A DNA stretch of 61,898 bases, the filler included, from Deltaproteobacteria bacterium (GTDB lineage Bacteria; JACQOV01): NCBI GenBank assembly GCA_016202395.1. It is 5 parts of 5 records of this genome, joined end to end, with 100 filler letters (N's around TTAATTAATTAA, not from the genome) between each part and the next. Parts side by side here need not be neighbours in the genome. Positions count along the whole stretch, not along the records: positions 27,569 to 31,259 come from JACQOV010000094.1; positions 31,360 to 52,884 come from JACQOV010000090.1; 3 more parts are not named here. One strand, given 5' to 3'. Positions within the stretch are counted from its first letter, which is position 1. The number at the start of each line of letters is the position of its first letter. Positions 29,067 to 38,102 of this stretch are shown here, piece by piece. Below the pieces are notes generated by a model. It had not been told where the DNA came from. It was given only the letters and a program-made list of their open reading frames with translations, and ran no database searches. Both the position numbers and the translations under genes were made by a program.

Positions 29067-29867
29067 TTAACGCCGAGTTGCCTTTTTGAGACGCTTGGCC
29101 AGAGTTGAAACGATCATGGGAGAGAGTCGACCGTAACGATCCACAAGTTTAACAAAAGCGCTTCCCACCACAACCCCATCGGCGATTTGGGATACTTCGC
29201 TTACCTGCTCTGGCTTGGAAAGGCCAAAGCCGATAGCGACCGGTTGAGGAGAGAGTTTCTTCACCTGTCTTAAGAACGGGATGACACCGGCAGGCAGTGT
29301 TTGACGGGAGCCAGTAACCCCTTTGAGAGACACGGTGTAAAGGAAACCGGTTGTGGCTTTTGCTAAAGCCTCAATCCTCTCTGGAGGGCTGGTAGGGGCC
29401 ACTAGCATCACCAAGGCAAGCCCGTTTTCAGCGCATTTTTTGTGGAGGGTCGCGGATTCTTCCAGTGTAAGATCGGGGATAATGAGGCCATCGACCTCGA
29501 CCTCCGCGATCGTCTTCAAGAAGCGATCCAATCCTTGACTCAAGATTGGATTGCAATAACTCATGAGAAGGAGGGGGGTCACAATCTTTCTTCTTAATCG
29601 ATAAACCAGTTCAGGAATGGAATCGATAGAGAATCCTTTTTCCAAAGCCAGTTGAGAGGATCGCTGAATGACAGGACCATCGGCCAAAGGATCTGAAAAT
29701 GGGATCCCCAATTCGATGAGATCGGCTCCTGCTTCACTAAGACTTAAAACTAAACGCTCCGTCATGGCAAGATCGGGATGGCCTGCCGTGAGAAATGCAA
29801 TCAAAGCGGCCTCATTGCGATTCTTCGTCGCTGTGAAAGCAAGATCAATTCTTTGAAGCCCCTTCAT
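29067..29867 (-). CDS. trpA: Tryptophan synthase alpha chain
   Basis: [30 protein letters not shown]. Confidence 0.97.
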   Translation of the reverse strand: MKGLQRIDLAFTATKNRNEAALIAFLTAGHPDLAMTERLVLSLSEAGADLIELGIPFSDPLADGPVIQRSSQLALEKGFSIDSIPELVYRLRRKIVTPLLLMSYCNPILSQGLDRFLKTIAEVEVDGLIIPDLTLEESATLHKKCAENGLALVMLVAPTSPPERIEALAKATTGFLYTVSLKGVTGSRQTLPAGVIPFLRQVKKLSPQPVAIGFGLSKPEQVSEVSQIADGVVVGSAFVKLVDRYGRLSPMIVSTLAKRLKKATRR

Positions 29868-31057
29868 TTTTTCTCCTCAAGCGCCGCCACCGATTGAACG
29901 TCCTTATCCCCTCTCCCGGAGAGATTGACCACCACGACCGATTCCTCCTTGAACTGTCGAGCCCTCTTTTTGAGATAGGCCACAGCATGAGCGGTTTCCA
30001 ACGCGGGAATAATCCCCTCCATCTCTGCTAGATAGTGGAGCCCTTCTAAGGCTTCGCTGTCGGTCACGTTGTCGACCTCCATACGCCCTTCGTCTTTAAG
30101 AAAACTCAATTCGGGCCCTACACCCGGGTAATCGAGCCCTGCAGAAATAGAATGGGCGGGGTGAATTTGGCCCGAGGAATCTTGTAAAACGTAGCTTCGA
30201 GTCCCGTGAAGGATTCCAGGCCGGCCCCGCTCTAGTGAGGCTCCATGCTTTCCGCTGTGAAGTCCAAGCCCCCCCGCTTCCACTCCGATCATCCGGACCT
30301 GTTTGTCTTCAATAAAGGGGTAGAAAAGTCCCATCGCGTTGCTCCCCCCTCCCACGCAAGCCATTAAGGCATCGGGAAGTTTCCCCTCTTTTTTGACGAT
30401 CTGTTTTCGGACCTCTTTTCCAATCACTGACTGAAAATCTCGCACCATCATCGGATAAGGATGCGGCCCTGCCACACTCCCAATAAGATAGTAAGTGGTG
30501 TCGACGTTAGTAACCCAATCGCGGATCGCTTCGTTCATCGCATCCTTGAGCGTTCGGGTTCCAGATTGGACGGAATGCACCTTGGCCCCCAGGAGTTTCA
30601 TCCGAAAGACATTCAATGCTTGTCGATGGATATCCTCTTCCCCCATGTAGATTTCACAACGAATGCCAAAAAGCGCTGCGACGGTGGCCGTTGCAACCCC
30701 ATGCTGCCCTGCCCCCGTTTCAGCGATAATCCGTTTCTTTCGCATCTTCTGAGCGAGAAGGGCTTGACCCACCGTGTTGTTGATCTTGTGGGCTCCGGTA
30801 TGACAAAGGTCTTCCCTTTTGAGATAGACTCGAAGCCGAAGTTCTTGAGAGAGTCGCTGCGCAAAGTAAAGAGGGGTCGGCCGGCCTGCATATTCCTGCA
30901 AGTAATAGTGAAACTCTTTCTTAAAAATGGCGCTTTTTGCAACTTGCCGATAGGCCTCTTCCAACTCCGTCAGAGGAGCCATGAGAGTCTCGGGGACAAA
31001 CTTTCCCCCGTACGGTCCAAAATGCCCTTTTTCATCCGGCCATCGATATTGTTTCAT
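29864..31057 (-). CDS. trpB: Tryptophan synthase beta chain
   Basis: [45 protein letters not shown]. Confidence 0.98.
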   Translation of the reverse strand: MKQYRWPDEKGHFGPYGGKFVPETLMAPLTELEEAYRQVAKSAIFKKEFHYYLQEYAGRPTPLYFAQRLSQELRLRVYLKREDLCHTGAHKINNTVGQALLAQKMRKKRIIAETGAGQHGVATATVAALFGIRCEIYMGEEDIHRQALNVFRMKLLGAKVHSVQSGTRTLKDAMNEAIRDWVTNVDTTYYLIGSVAGPHPYPMMVRDFQSVIGKEVRKQIVKKEGKLPDALMACVGGGSNAMGLFYPFIEDKQVRMIGVEAGGLGLHSGKHGASLERGRPGILHGTRSYVLQDSSGQIHPAHSISAGLDYPGVGPELSFLKDEGRMEVDNVTDSEALEGLHYLAEMEGIIPALETAHAVAYLKKRARQFKEESVVVVNLSGRGDKDVQSVAALEEKK

Positions 31058-31070
31058 GCTTCTTTGCCTC

Positions 31071-31249
31071 AGGGCACCTCTAAAAACTATCTTCTACTGC
31101 AAAATCATGCTCTGGCCTGCGACTGCGTCGGATTTCACAAAAAGTCCTCAACGTACCTTCCAGGTACGTTTCCGGGCTTTTTGCTCATCCTCCTTGTCTC
31201 GGCTCAGATCATGATTTTTCGTCACGAACATAGTTTTTAGAGGTGCCCT
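31071..31249. mobile_element. 179-bp MITE with perfect 20-bp terminal inverted repeats
   Basis: AGGGCACCTCTAAAAACTAT / ATAGTTTTTAGAGGTGCCCT; central ACGTACC-TTCCA-GGTACGT hairpin. Confidence 0.88.
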
Positions 31250-31259
31250 TCCTTTACAA

Positions 31260-31359
31260 NNNNNNNNNNNNNNNNNNNNNNNNNNNNNNNNNNNNNNNNN
31301 NNNTTAATTAATTAANNNNNNNNNNNNNNNNNNNNNNNNNNNNNNNNNNNNNNNNNNNN
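31260..31359. other. Artificial contig spacer
   Basis: N44-TTAATTAATTAA-N44. Confidence 0.99.
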
Positions 31360-32358
31360 CCTCAGAACACGTTACATGTTGTTCCCGCAACATCTATGAG
31401 TCGAGGAGGTATTCGATTAGAGTATGAGGGTTCAGGTAGACCTTGGGACATCAACACGGGGAGTAGCTCGAGCGCTTTGTATGGGAAGCTTGGGTTTGAC
31501 TATGGTGGGGATACGAGGATGGTGTTAACGAATGACGGTCGAGTAGGAATTGGTTCTGTGGCCGATCCTGGGAACGCACTGCATGTGGTTCCTGGACCGA
31601 ATGAAGGGAGTCGAGGAGGGATTCGTTTGGAGTATGAGGGTTCAGGTAGACCTTGGGACATCAACACGGGGAGTAGCTCGAGCGCTTTGTATGGGAAGCT
31701 GGGGTTTGACTATGGTGGGGATACAAGAATGATATTAACAAGTACAGGGAACTTAGGCATTGGTAATCCAACCGGTGATCCAGAAAATCTTTTACACGTG
31801 AAAGGAACTCGAGCAGGAAATCGGGCTGGAATTCGGATTGAGTATAGCGGAGGGAGCGGCCCTTGGGATCTCAACACGGGGGATAGTTCGAGCGCTTTAT
31901 ATGGGAATCTGGGGTTTGACTATGGTGGCGATTCGAAGATGGTGTTAACAAGTACGGGAAATTTAGGCGTTGGAACGCCAGATCCAACTGAAAGACTGGT
32001 TGTTGCGGGCAATGTTCAAGCGGACAGCTATCTTTGCAACAGCTCGCGGGAGTTGAAGAAGGATGTTGCGAGTCTCACAGAAAAGGATTATTCGAAAGTT
32101 CTCGAAACCATCAACCAACTCGAAGTCGTTCGTTATCGTTACAAAGAAGACTCCGCCGAAGACAAACTCCACATCGGCTTGATCGCCGAGGATTCTCCCA
32201 AAGACATCCTTTCCCAAGACGGCAAATCCGTGAGCCTCTACGATTCCGTTGGCTATCTCCTCGCCAGCACCAAAGCTTTGATCCAACAAAACGAAGGGCT
32301 CGCAAAAGAGCTGACGGCATTGAAGGGAGAAATCCAAGCCATCAGAGCTTCCAGATAA
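31360..32358 (+). CDS. Fibre-like repeat protein with C-terminal intramolecular chaperone (Peptidase S74) domain, 5' end in gap
   Basis: G(N/R)VGIG...P...LHV repeats at 70-aa period; SSRELKKDV...L..I..L....YRYK...HIGLIAED.P; terminal coiled coil; frame open to the gap. Confidence 0.88.
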   Translation, partial: PQNTLHVVPATSMSRGGIRLEYEGSGRPWDINTGSSSSALYGKLGFDYGGDTRMVLTNDGRVGIGSVADPGNALHVVPGPNEGSRGGIRLEYEGSGRPWDINTGSSSSALYGKLGFDYGGDTRMILTSTGNLGIGNPTGDPENLLHVKGTRAGNRAGIRIEYSGGSGPWDLNTGDSSSALYGNLGFDYGGDSKMVLTSTGNLGVGTPDPTERLVVAGNVQADSYLCNSSRELKKDVASLTEKDYSKVLETINQLEVVRYRYKEDSAEDKLHIGLIAEDSPKDILSQDGKSVSLYDSVGYLLASTKALIQQNEGLAKELTALKGEIQAIRASR

Positions 32359-32363
32359 CCCCC
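32321..32363 (+). repeat. 43-bp direct repeat, copy 1 (3' end of the S74 gene)
   Basis: TGAAGGGAGAAATCCA(A/G)GCCATCAGAGCTTCCAGATAACCCCC also at 33704-33746. Confidence 0.92.
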
Positions 32364-32440
32364 TCTCACTCCCCCTTATTCTAAGGGGGAGTATAAGAGA
32401 GTAGCTCTCCCTTATCCTAAAGGAGAGGATAAGGAGGAGT
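32359..32440. repeat. Paired REP-like hairpins
   Basis: ACTCCCCCTTA-TTC-TAAGGGGGAGT and CCTTATCCT-AAAGGAG-AGGATAAGG. Confidence 0.65.
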
Positions 32441-32448
32441 ATTAACGC

Positions 32449-32477
32449 TTGACATTATTAACGTAACGCGTTACTAT
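32449..32477 (+). promoter_or_regulatory. higBA promoter with operator palindrome
   Basis: TTGACA-17 nt-TACTAT; perfect palindrome GTAACGCGTTAC (32463-74). Confidence 0.8.
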
Positions 32478-32491
32478 CAAAGAGTATCTCA

Positions 32492-32773
32492 ATGATTCAG
32501 TCTTTTGCTTGCAAGGAGACAAAGAAGGTCTTCAACCGTGAGTATTCGAGGAAGTTCCCATCGGATATTCATCGCCGGGCGATGAGGAAGCTATGGGTGC
32601 TCCATGCAGTAAAGGAACTCAAGGAGTTGCGTATTCCACCTGCGAATCGCCTAGAGGCTCTGCAAGGGGAGCGGGAAGGTCAGCACAGCATTCGCATTAA
32701 CGATCAGTGGCGCATCTGCTTTAGGTGGGACCGAGGGAATGCGCATGATGTGGAAATTATCGATTACCATTAG
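32492..32773 (+). CDS. higB: HigB toxin (RelE superfamily, plasmid maintenance killer)
   Basis: MIQSF..KET...LRIPPANRLEAL.G.R.GQHSIRINDQWRICF.W....V.IIDYH. Confidence 0.95.
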   Translation: MIQSFACKETKKVFNREYSRKFPSDIHRRAMRKLWVLHAVKELKELRIPPANRLEALQGEREGQHSIRINDQWRICFRWDRGNAHDVEIIDYH

Positions 32774-32785
32774 GAGGGAGTTAGC

Positions 32786-33085
32786 ATGGCCAAGCGAAAG
32801 ATTTCACCGATTCATCCTGGGGAGATTCTGTTGGAGGAGTTCTTAACCCCGATGAGGATTAGTCAGTATCGGCTCGCAAAAGATATTCACGTTCCGGCCC
32901 GCCGTATCAATGAAATCGTCCACGGGAAAAGAGCGATTACCGCAGACACGGCCCTCCGATTAGGTCGCTATTTTAGTATGTCTCCTGAATTCTGGACGAA
33001 CCTTCAAGCCCATCATGATATCGAGGTGGAAAAAGAAAGGATCGCTGAGGATTTGGAGGAGAAGGTTCGGATTCGCGCCGCCTAA
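32786..33085 (+). CDS. higA: HigA antitoxin
   Basis: IHPGEILLEEFL.P..ISQYRLA...RINEIV.GKRAITADTALRL. Confidence 0.95.
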   Translation: MAKRKISPIHPGEILLEEFLTPMRISQYRLAKDIHVPARRINEIVHGKRAITADTALRLGRYFSMSPEFWTNLQAHHDIEVEKERIAEDLEEKVRIRAA

Positions 33086-33189
33086 CGAGTTCGCTAAAGG
33101 GCTGGTTCAATTGAAGAGTGAGCTTCAGGGGGTCGTCTTATTTGAGAAATTTGCCTTTTATGATAGATTCATAGGTGGGAGGTTATCGT

Positions 33190-33378
33190 ATGGCGGGAGT
33201 TAAACAACAGGCAATCCAGATGATCCAAGCGCTTCCTGAAGAAGTAACCATGGATGACGTTATGGCAGAGCTGTATTTCAAAATGCAGGTGGATGAAGGA
33301 TTAAAGGAACTCGATGAGGGGAAGGGGATCCCTCATGAGGAAGTTGAGAAGCGGATGGCTCGATGGCTCAAAGAATAA
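33190..33378 (+). CDS. Small putative antitoxin
   Basis: K......I..LPEE.T.DD.M..LY....V..GL.....G..IPHEEV; GGAGG RBS; overlaps downstream toxin. Confidence 0.8.
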   Translation: MAGVKQQAIQMIQALPEEVTMDDVMAELYFKMQVDEGLKELDEGKGIPHEEVEKRMARWLKE

Positions 33379-33656
33379 GGTGGTCACCCCGTGCTGCCAA
33401 CAATTTTGAAGCGATCTGTGATTACATCGCTAAAGACTCTGAATATTATGCCGTCCTTTTTGCGAAGAGAATTAATAAGATTGTAAAATCCATTACTCTT
33501 TTTCCTCAGTCAGGAAGAATCGTGCCAGAATATGGAAATGAGAATCTCCGAGAGAAGATCTATGAGAATTATAGGATCGTTTATCGTCTTGAGGGGAATT
33601 TCATTGAAATTGTGGCTATTTGTCATGGAATGAATCCTCTGGAAAATATTTTGTAG
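33363..33656 (+). CDS. RelE/ParE-family toxin
   Basis: IRWS..A......I..YIA.DS...FP.SGRIVPE....LRE....NYRIVY. Confidence 0.9.
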   Translation: MAQRIRWSPRAANNFEAICDYIAKDSEYYAVLFAKRINKIVKSITLFPQSGRIVPEYGNENLREKIYENYRIVYRLEGNFIEIVAICHGMNPLENIL

Positions 33657-33703
33657 AAACTATAGGGATCCGTTCGGAACCAGCACCAAAGAACTGGCTG
33701 GGC

Positions 33704-33746
33704 TGAAGGGAGAAATCCAGGCCATCAGAGCTTCCAGATAACCCCC
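33704..33746 (+). repeat. 43-bp direct repeat, copy 2
   Basis: 1 mismatch to 32321-32363. Confidence 0.92.
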
Positions 33747-33798
33747 ACTGTCTGGTTGTGGATTGACAAGTACTTCCAGCCATTGTTATCTTGAAACC

Positions 33799-34233
33799 AT
33801 GGAAGATTTTGGCTATTCAGAAAGAGTTCGGGGGATTTTCGAGCGGGCGGCGTTTGTGAACGACGTTGGGATTGAGTTGCAAGGCTTGGGGGAAGGATGG
33901 TGTGAAACCTCGCTCAAACTCCTTCCAAAGCACTTACAGCAAGACAATGTGGTTCATGCGGGAGTAGTGGCAACGATGGCCGATCATACGGCAGGGGCGG
34001 CGGCGGGGACTCTCATCCAGGATGACCAGATCGTTTTGACCGCTGAATTTAAGATCAATCTCCTTCGACCCGGCCGTGGTGGGAAGCTTCGGTGTCATTC
34101 GAAGGTATTAAAGCCGGGAAGGATGTTCACCGTGGTGGAATCGGACGTTTTTTGCAATTGGGATGGGGAAGAGAAGAGGGTGGCCAAGGCGTTAGTGACT
34201 CTGGCGGTTGTTAGCAAAGATAGGAGGTCATAG
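33799..34233 (+). CDS. PaaI-family thioesterase
   Basis: Q...VHAGVVATMADH.AG, TAEFKINLLRP. Confidence 0.9.
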   Translation: MEDFGYSERVRGIFERAAFVNDVGIELQGLGEGWCETSLKLLPKHLQQDNVVHAGVVATMADHTAGAAAGTLIQDDQIVLTAEFKINLLRPGRGGKLRCHSKVLKPGRMFTVVESDVFCNWDGEEKRVAKALVTLAVVSKDRRS

Positions 34234-34235
34234 AG

Positions 34236-34754
34236 ATGGAATTCGCTCCCGATGTGGCGATGTTGACTTGGAAGAACGAATCTTTAACACTCGGCCAATT
34301 TAAGAATAAAAAAATCTGGTTGGCCTTCTTCCGTTATGCGGCCTGTCCCCTTTGCAATCTGCGGATTCATGAGATGATCCAGCGTTATGACGAGCTTAAG
34401 AAGAAAGGGGTGCAGATCCTCGCCGTTTTTCAATCGAGCCCCGAGTCGATTGCCGAGTACGTAGGGAAACAGAGCCCTCCTTTCCCTCTGATTGCCGATC
34501 CCAAAGAGAGGCTCTATCAGATTTTTGGCCTCAAAAAAGGGTGGTGGGCTTTTGTTCATCCGGGAAACACCCCTTTGTTGGCTAAAGCGATCTGGAAACG
34601 ATTGGGAGGAATGAAGCCGGAAGGGACGGTGAATCGGATCCCTGGGGATTTCTTGATGAACCCGGGGCTTCGAGTCTCCCGCGTTTACCATGGGAACAAG
34701 GTGGGAGATCACATCCCGTGGTCGGAAGTGGAACAATTCGTCAAAGAGCCTTAG
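34236..34754 (+). CDS. Peroxiredoxin-like (AhpC/TSA) protein
   Basis: FFRYAACPLCNL, FPLIADP...LY, PGDFL, GDH. Confidence 0.85.
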   Translation: MEFAPDVAMLTWKNESLTLGQFKNKKIWLAFFRYAACPLCNLRIHEMIQRYDELKKKGVQILAVFQSSPESIAEYVGKQSPPFPLIADPKERLYQIFGLKKGWWAFVHPGNTPLLAKAIWKRLGGMKPEGTVNRIPGDFLMNPGLRVSRVYHGNKVGDHIPWSEVEQFVKEP

Positions 34755-34910
34755 GAGGTTGTTGAAAAATCCATGTTTTGGCAGGCTGTTCAAAAAGCTC
34801 CAGCTGCGAGGCGGCCGACCGAGGCCGAGTGAGGCGTACTTGGTTAGTACGCCGCAACGAGTGCCGAGGGAGGCCAACGAAGCAGATGGACTTTTTCAAC
34901 AGCCTGTTAG
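34751..34910. mobile_element. MITE-like repeat with CAGGCTGTT(G/C)AAAAAG inverted repeats
   Basis: IR 34782-97 / 34891-906; extra outer AGGTTGTTGAAAAA; TTAG at both ends; core GAGTGAGGCGTAC-N7-GTACGCCGCAACGAGTG shared with the 9829/39132 family. Confidence 0.85.
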
Positions 34911-36157
34911 GTGTTCTCAATGGCCTGAACTCGTTCTAGGGTTGTAGGATGACTGTAATAGTAGAAGCTGTAGAGAGGATGTGGGGTTAAGTTTGAGAGG
35001 TTTTCTTTGGAAAGTTTCACGAGGGAAGAGGCCATGCTCGCTTTATCTCCAACCACCTCCACCGAAAAGCGATCTGCCTCATACTCATGCTTCCGTGAGA
35101 GATAATTGGAAAGCGGGGTTAGAAAAAAGGTAAAGTGGCCTCCGAAAAGGGAGAAGAGGACCAGCGCTTTGTAGGGAGCTAGAGAACCGGCTCGGAAGGC
35201 TCCATAAAGAGGTTCCCATTCGATCGCAAGCGAGAGGATCCAAAACCCGATCCCCTCAATGACAAAACTGAGAATCAGATGCTTCTGGATGTGCCGTTTT
35301 TTATTATGCCCCATCTCATGCCCTAGAACCGCCACGATCTCCGACTCTGAAAGCTGCGATTGCAAGGTGTCGAAAAGGACGATACGACGAAACCGACCGA
35401 TCCCTGCGAAGTAGGCATTCGAGTGGGAGGACCTTTTCGAACCGTCGATGGTGAAGATTCCTGAGAGTTTGAATCGGATTTTTTGAGCCAGTTCCAGGAT
35501 TCTATTTTTAAGCTCTCCATTAGGAAGAGGCGTGAATTTATTGAAAAGGGGGGCCAGGAACGTCGGATAAACCGCCGCGACAAAAAGCTCAAACCCAAAA
35601 ACCGAGAGGAAAGCCCAGAGCCACCACAGAGGCCCGCTCACTTCGTAAAGCCAGAAAATTAAAAAGAGGATCGGGAGGCCAAAGGCGGCTCCTAAAGCCA
35701 GCATCTTGAGTTGGTCGAGAAAAAAGAGCTTGGCCGTCATTTTATTGAACCCGAATTTTTTCTCGATCACAAAGTTGGAGTAGAGTGAAACGGGAATGCC
35801 GGTGAGTAGAAGGATGAATCCTATCGCGAGACAGTAGGCCACGGAAAAAATAAGGGTTGAGGAGTCCAGATAGGAAGAGAGAAAACCGTCTAGGGCGGAA
35901 AAGCCTCCCCAAAGGATCACAGCCCAAAGGAAGGGGACCTTTAGCCAACGGATCACTACTCCAAACCACGATCTTTCAAGCGTGTAGCGGATGCTTTTCT
36001 GATAGCGCTCCCCATCCATCTTGTCTTTAAAGTAAGCGGGGATCTTCCCTTGATGCTTTCGGGTGTGCGCCATGTTGAGAAACGTCAGGGCCGTTTCAGC
36101 GACCTGGTGGGTGAAATAGAGCGCCACGAATATCCAAAAAAAGGTGCTGGATGTCAT
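34907..36157 (-). CDS. M48-family (Ste24-like) membrane metalloprotease
   Basis: PLFNKF.PL, DGSKRS.HSNAYF.G, HEMGH, EYEADRF, SHP...ER. Confidence 0.95.
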   Translation of the reverse strand: MTSSTFFWIFVALYFTHQVAETALTFLNMAHTRKHQGKIPAYFKDKMDGERYQKSIRYTLERSWFGVVIRWLKVPFLWAVILWGGFSALDGFLSSYLDSSTLIFSVAYCLAIGFILLLTGIPVSLYSNFVIEKKFGFNKMTAKLFFLDQLKMLALGAAFGLPILFLIFWLYEVSGPLWWLWAFLSVFGFELFVAAVYPTFLAPLFNKFTPLPNGELKNRILELAQKIRFKLSGIFTIDGSKRSSHSNAYFAGIGRFRRIVLFDTLQSQLSESEIVAVLGHEMGHNKKRHIQKHLILSFVIEGIGFWILSLAIEWEPLYGAFRAGSLAPYKALVLFSLFGGHFTFFLTPLSNYLSRKHEYEADRFSVEVVGDKASMASSLVKLSKENLSNLTPHPLYSFYYYSHPTTLERVQAIENT

Positions 36158-36163
36158 AGCTTT

Positions 36164-37117
36164 CTAGGAAGATCGGCTCGCTTGCAAGGTTGCGGTAAAA
36201 CCGTTGTCCGAGTCCCCCGGCTCCGCCGCCAATTGGAAAGCCTGGACGAGTTCATAAATCTGTGTCGCGTCCGTGATGTCCTCTGTGAAGACAACCCCGT
36301 TGGTCATGTCAAAGTCGATGGTAAAGGTCCAAGAGTTAGCCAAGACCTCCGATTCTGTGAGCTGGATGTCTTCTGTTGTGAGATCGGCGCTAAAGATCGG
36401 GATTGTTTGGTTCCCCAGGCCATCCTCGCTTCCCGCATAGTCCACAACCGTATCGTATTGGATGGGGGCGCTGGGACGCGTTGTGAGTGTGCAGCCCTCC
36501 GTTGCCGTGCACCATTTAAAATCGGTGTCCGTAGAGGCCTTGTAAAGGAGATCCCCCTTTTTAAAATCGGTTCCATCGATATCCCCGTAAACAGTTCGAA
36601 TCGTGTGGGTTCCCACGAGGCCCGCGGCGACCCCATCTACTTCGGCCAGCGTGAAGGTGGTATCGATATAGCCGAAGTAGATCTCGATCGCGCGAGCATA
36701 GGCTCGATCGTCTTCGGGAAAAGCGGCCCCTTCGCAACAGACGATCGTCCCTGCAACCGTGAGTTGCTGGCCGAGATCAAAGCTGAGGAGGTCTTCTTGA
36801 GGGAAGGAGGTGATTGGAGAGGGATCGGTGATCTCTCCCACGATAGGGCCCAGGCTGTAACCGCTGCCGTTGATGCCGACCTGAATCCCAGCATAGTAGA
36901 CGACCCCTGTGACGCTGTTGGGTGTTAAGCAGCCGTCCGCACTCACACCACAATCCTCTGTTTCTAGACTTTGCCGAAGGATACTGGGAGGGCTTCCTGA
37001 GGTTAGGTCTGAGCTTTTAAGGGTTGTATTGGCCGAAATTCTTTTCGACGCATCATCGATGCTACAGGCCCATACGCTTAAAGCTATTAGGCAAGAGACG
37101 GAGATAGTTTTTTTCAT
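36164..37117 (-). CDS. Acidic hypothetical lipoprotein
   Basis: MKK + hydrophobic + VWAC lipobox-like; GGAGG RBS; paired Cys. Confidence 0.7.
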   Translation of the reverse strand: MKKTISVSCLIALSVWACSIDDASKRISANTTLKSSDLTSGSPPSILRQSLETEDCGVSADGCLTPNSVTGVVYYAGIQVGINGSGYSLGPIVGEITDPSPITSFPQEDLLSFDLGQQLTVAGTIVCCEGAAFPEDDRAYARAIEIYFGYIDTTFTLAEVDGVAAGLVGTHTIRTVYGDIDGTDFKKGDLLYKASTDTDFKWCTATEGCTLTTRPSAPIQYDTVVDYAGSEDGLGNQTIPIFSADLTTEDIQLTESEVLANSWTFTIDFDMTNGVVFTEDITDATQIYELVQAFQLAAEPGDSDNGFTATLQASRSS

Positions 37118-37188
37118 GGGGACCTCCTGGTATATTTGTGAGGGGTATTATACAATAAATCTCTCGAAATAAAAAAGAGGAGGAATCG

Positions 37189-37680
37189 ATGCCGTCTTTT
37201 GATGTTGTGAGTGAGGTGGATAAGCAAGAGTTAAGCAACGCCTTGAATCAGACTCGTAAAGAGCTCCAGATTCGCTATGATCTCAAGCAAACAAAGAGCG
37301 AGATTCAGGAAGATCCTAAGCAAAACGAACTTCTTGTGGTCAGTGACAACGAGTTTACACTGAAGCAGGTAACCGATGTTTTGATGGAGAGGATGGCTAA
37401 GCGAGGGATCCCTCTAAAAAATATTCGCCTGGGGGATGTGGATTCTGGATCGTTGGGGCGTGTGAAGCGGAAGGTCGCGATTCAGCAAGGGATTCCTCAG
37501 GAGACTGCCAAGCAGATCGTCAAGCGAGTCAAAGAGAGTGGAATGAAACTTCAAGGGGCCATCCAAGGCGACAAGATCCGGATTTCCGGCAAGAAGAGAG
37601 ACGATCTTCAAGAAATGATCGCCGTCTTCCGGAAAGAGGATCTGGGAATCGCCCTTCAATTCAACAATTTTTTGGATTAA
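37189..37680 (+). CDS. yajQ: YajQ-family nucleotide/c-di-GMP-binding protein
   Basis: MPSFDVVSEVD.QE..NA..Q, IQGD..RISGKKRDDLQ, LQFNNF.D. Confidence 0.95.
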   Translation: MPSFDVVSEVDKQELSNALNQTRKELQIRYDLKQTKSEIQEDPKQNELLVVSDNEFTLKQVTDVLMERMAKRGIPLKNIRLGDVDSGSLGRVKRKVAIQQGIPQETAKQIVKRVKESGMKLQGAIQGDKIRISGKKRDDLQEMIAVFRKEDLGIALQFNNFLD

Positions 37681-37712
37681 GAACGAGGTCACGCTATTTA
37701 AGAATTCAATTT

Positions 37713-37769
37713 GTCATTCCCGTGCAAACGGGAATCCAGAACGTCATTCCCCTGAAAAGGGGGATCCAG
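37713..37769. repeat. Two tandem GTCATTCCC-type REPs upstream of GIY-YIG gene
   Basis: GTCATTCCCGTGCAAACGGGAATCCAG and CGTCATTCCCCTGAAAAGGGGGATCCAG. Confidence 0.88.
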
Positions 37770-37779
37770 TAGTTTTATC

Positions 37780-38085
37780 ATGTCTAAACAACCCGCGGTC
37801 TATATTCTTGCTAGCAAGCGAAACGGCACCCTTTACATCGGGGTCACGAGCGATCTTCCCAAACGTGTTTGGGAGCATAGAAACGATGAAGTCGAGGGTT
37901 TCACGAAGAGATACGGAGTTCATCGCTTGGTTTATTACGAGTTGCATGAGGACATGGAGTCGGCTATTCGTAGGGAAAAACAGGTAAAGAAATGGAATAG
38001 GGCCTGGAAGTTGGAATGGATCGAGAAGCAGAATCCTGAGTGGAGAGATTTGTGGGAGGAGATTCTTTGGAGCAGGGGTTTTTGA
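37780..38085 (+). CDS. GIY-YIG nuclease family protein
   Basis: VYILAS.RNGTLYIGVTSDL..RV.EH, FTKRY.V..LVYYE, AI.REKQ.K.W.R.WK, NP.W.DL. Confidence 0.95.
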   Translation: MSKQPAVYILASKRNGTLYIGVTSDLPKRVWEHRNDEVEGFTKRYGVHRLVYYELHEDMESAIRREKQVKKWNRAWKLEWIEKQNPEWRDLWEEILWSRGF

Positions 38086-38102
38086 AGAGTTCAGAAGAGG
38101 GG

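Noticed and set aside
31058-31259. trp attenuator or leader peptide upstream of trpB
   Set aside because: The region is occupied by a MITE, no Trp-rich leader is evident, and the contig ends immediately after.
31398-31935. Long near-identical direct repeats as a CRISPR array or DGR template/variable pair
   Set aside because: The period is 210 bp and in frame within a protein; there are no unique spacers, no cas genes, no reverse transcriptase and no adenine-specific mismatch pattern.
37189-37680. Functional link between yajQ (c-di-GMP binding) and the c-di-GMP riboswitch
   Set aside because: They are on different contigs and yajQ is near-ubiquitous; no sequence evidence of linkage.
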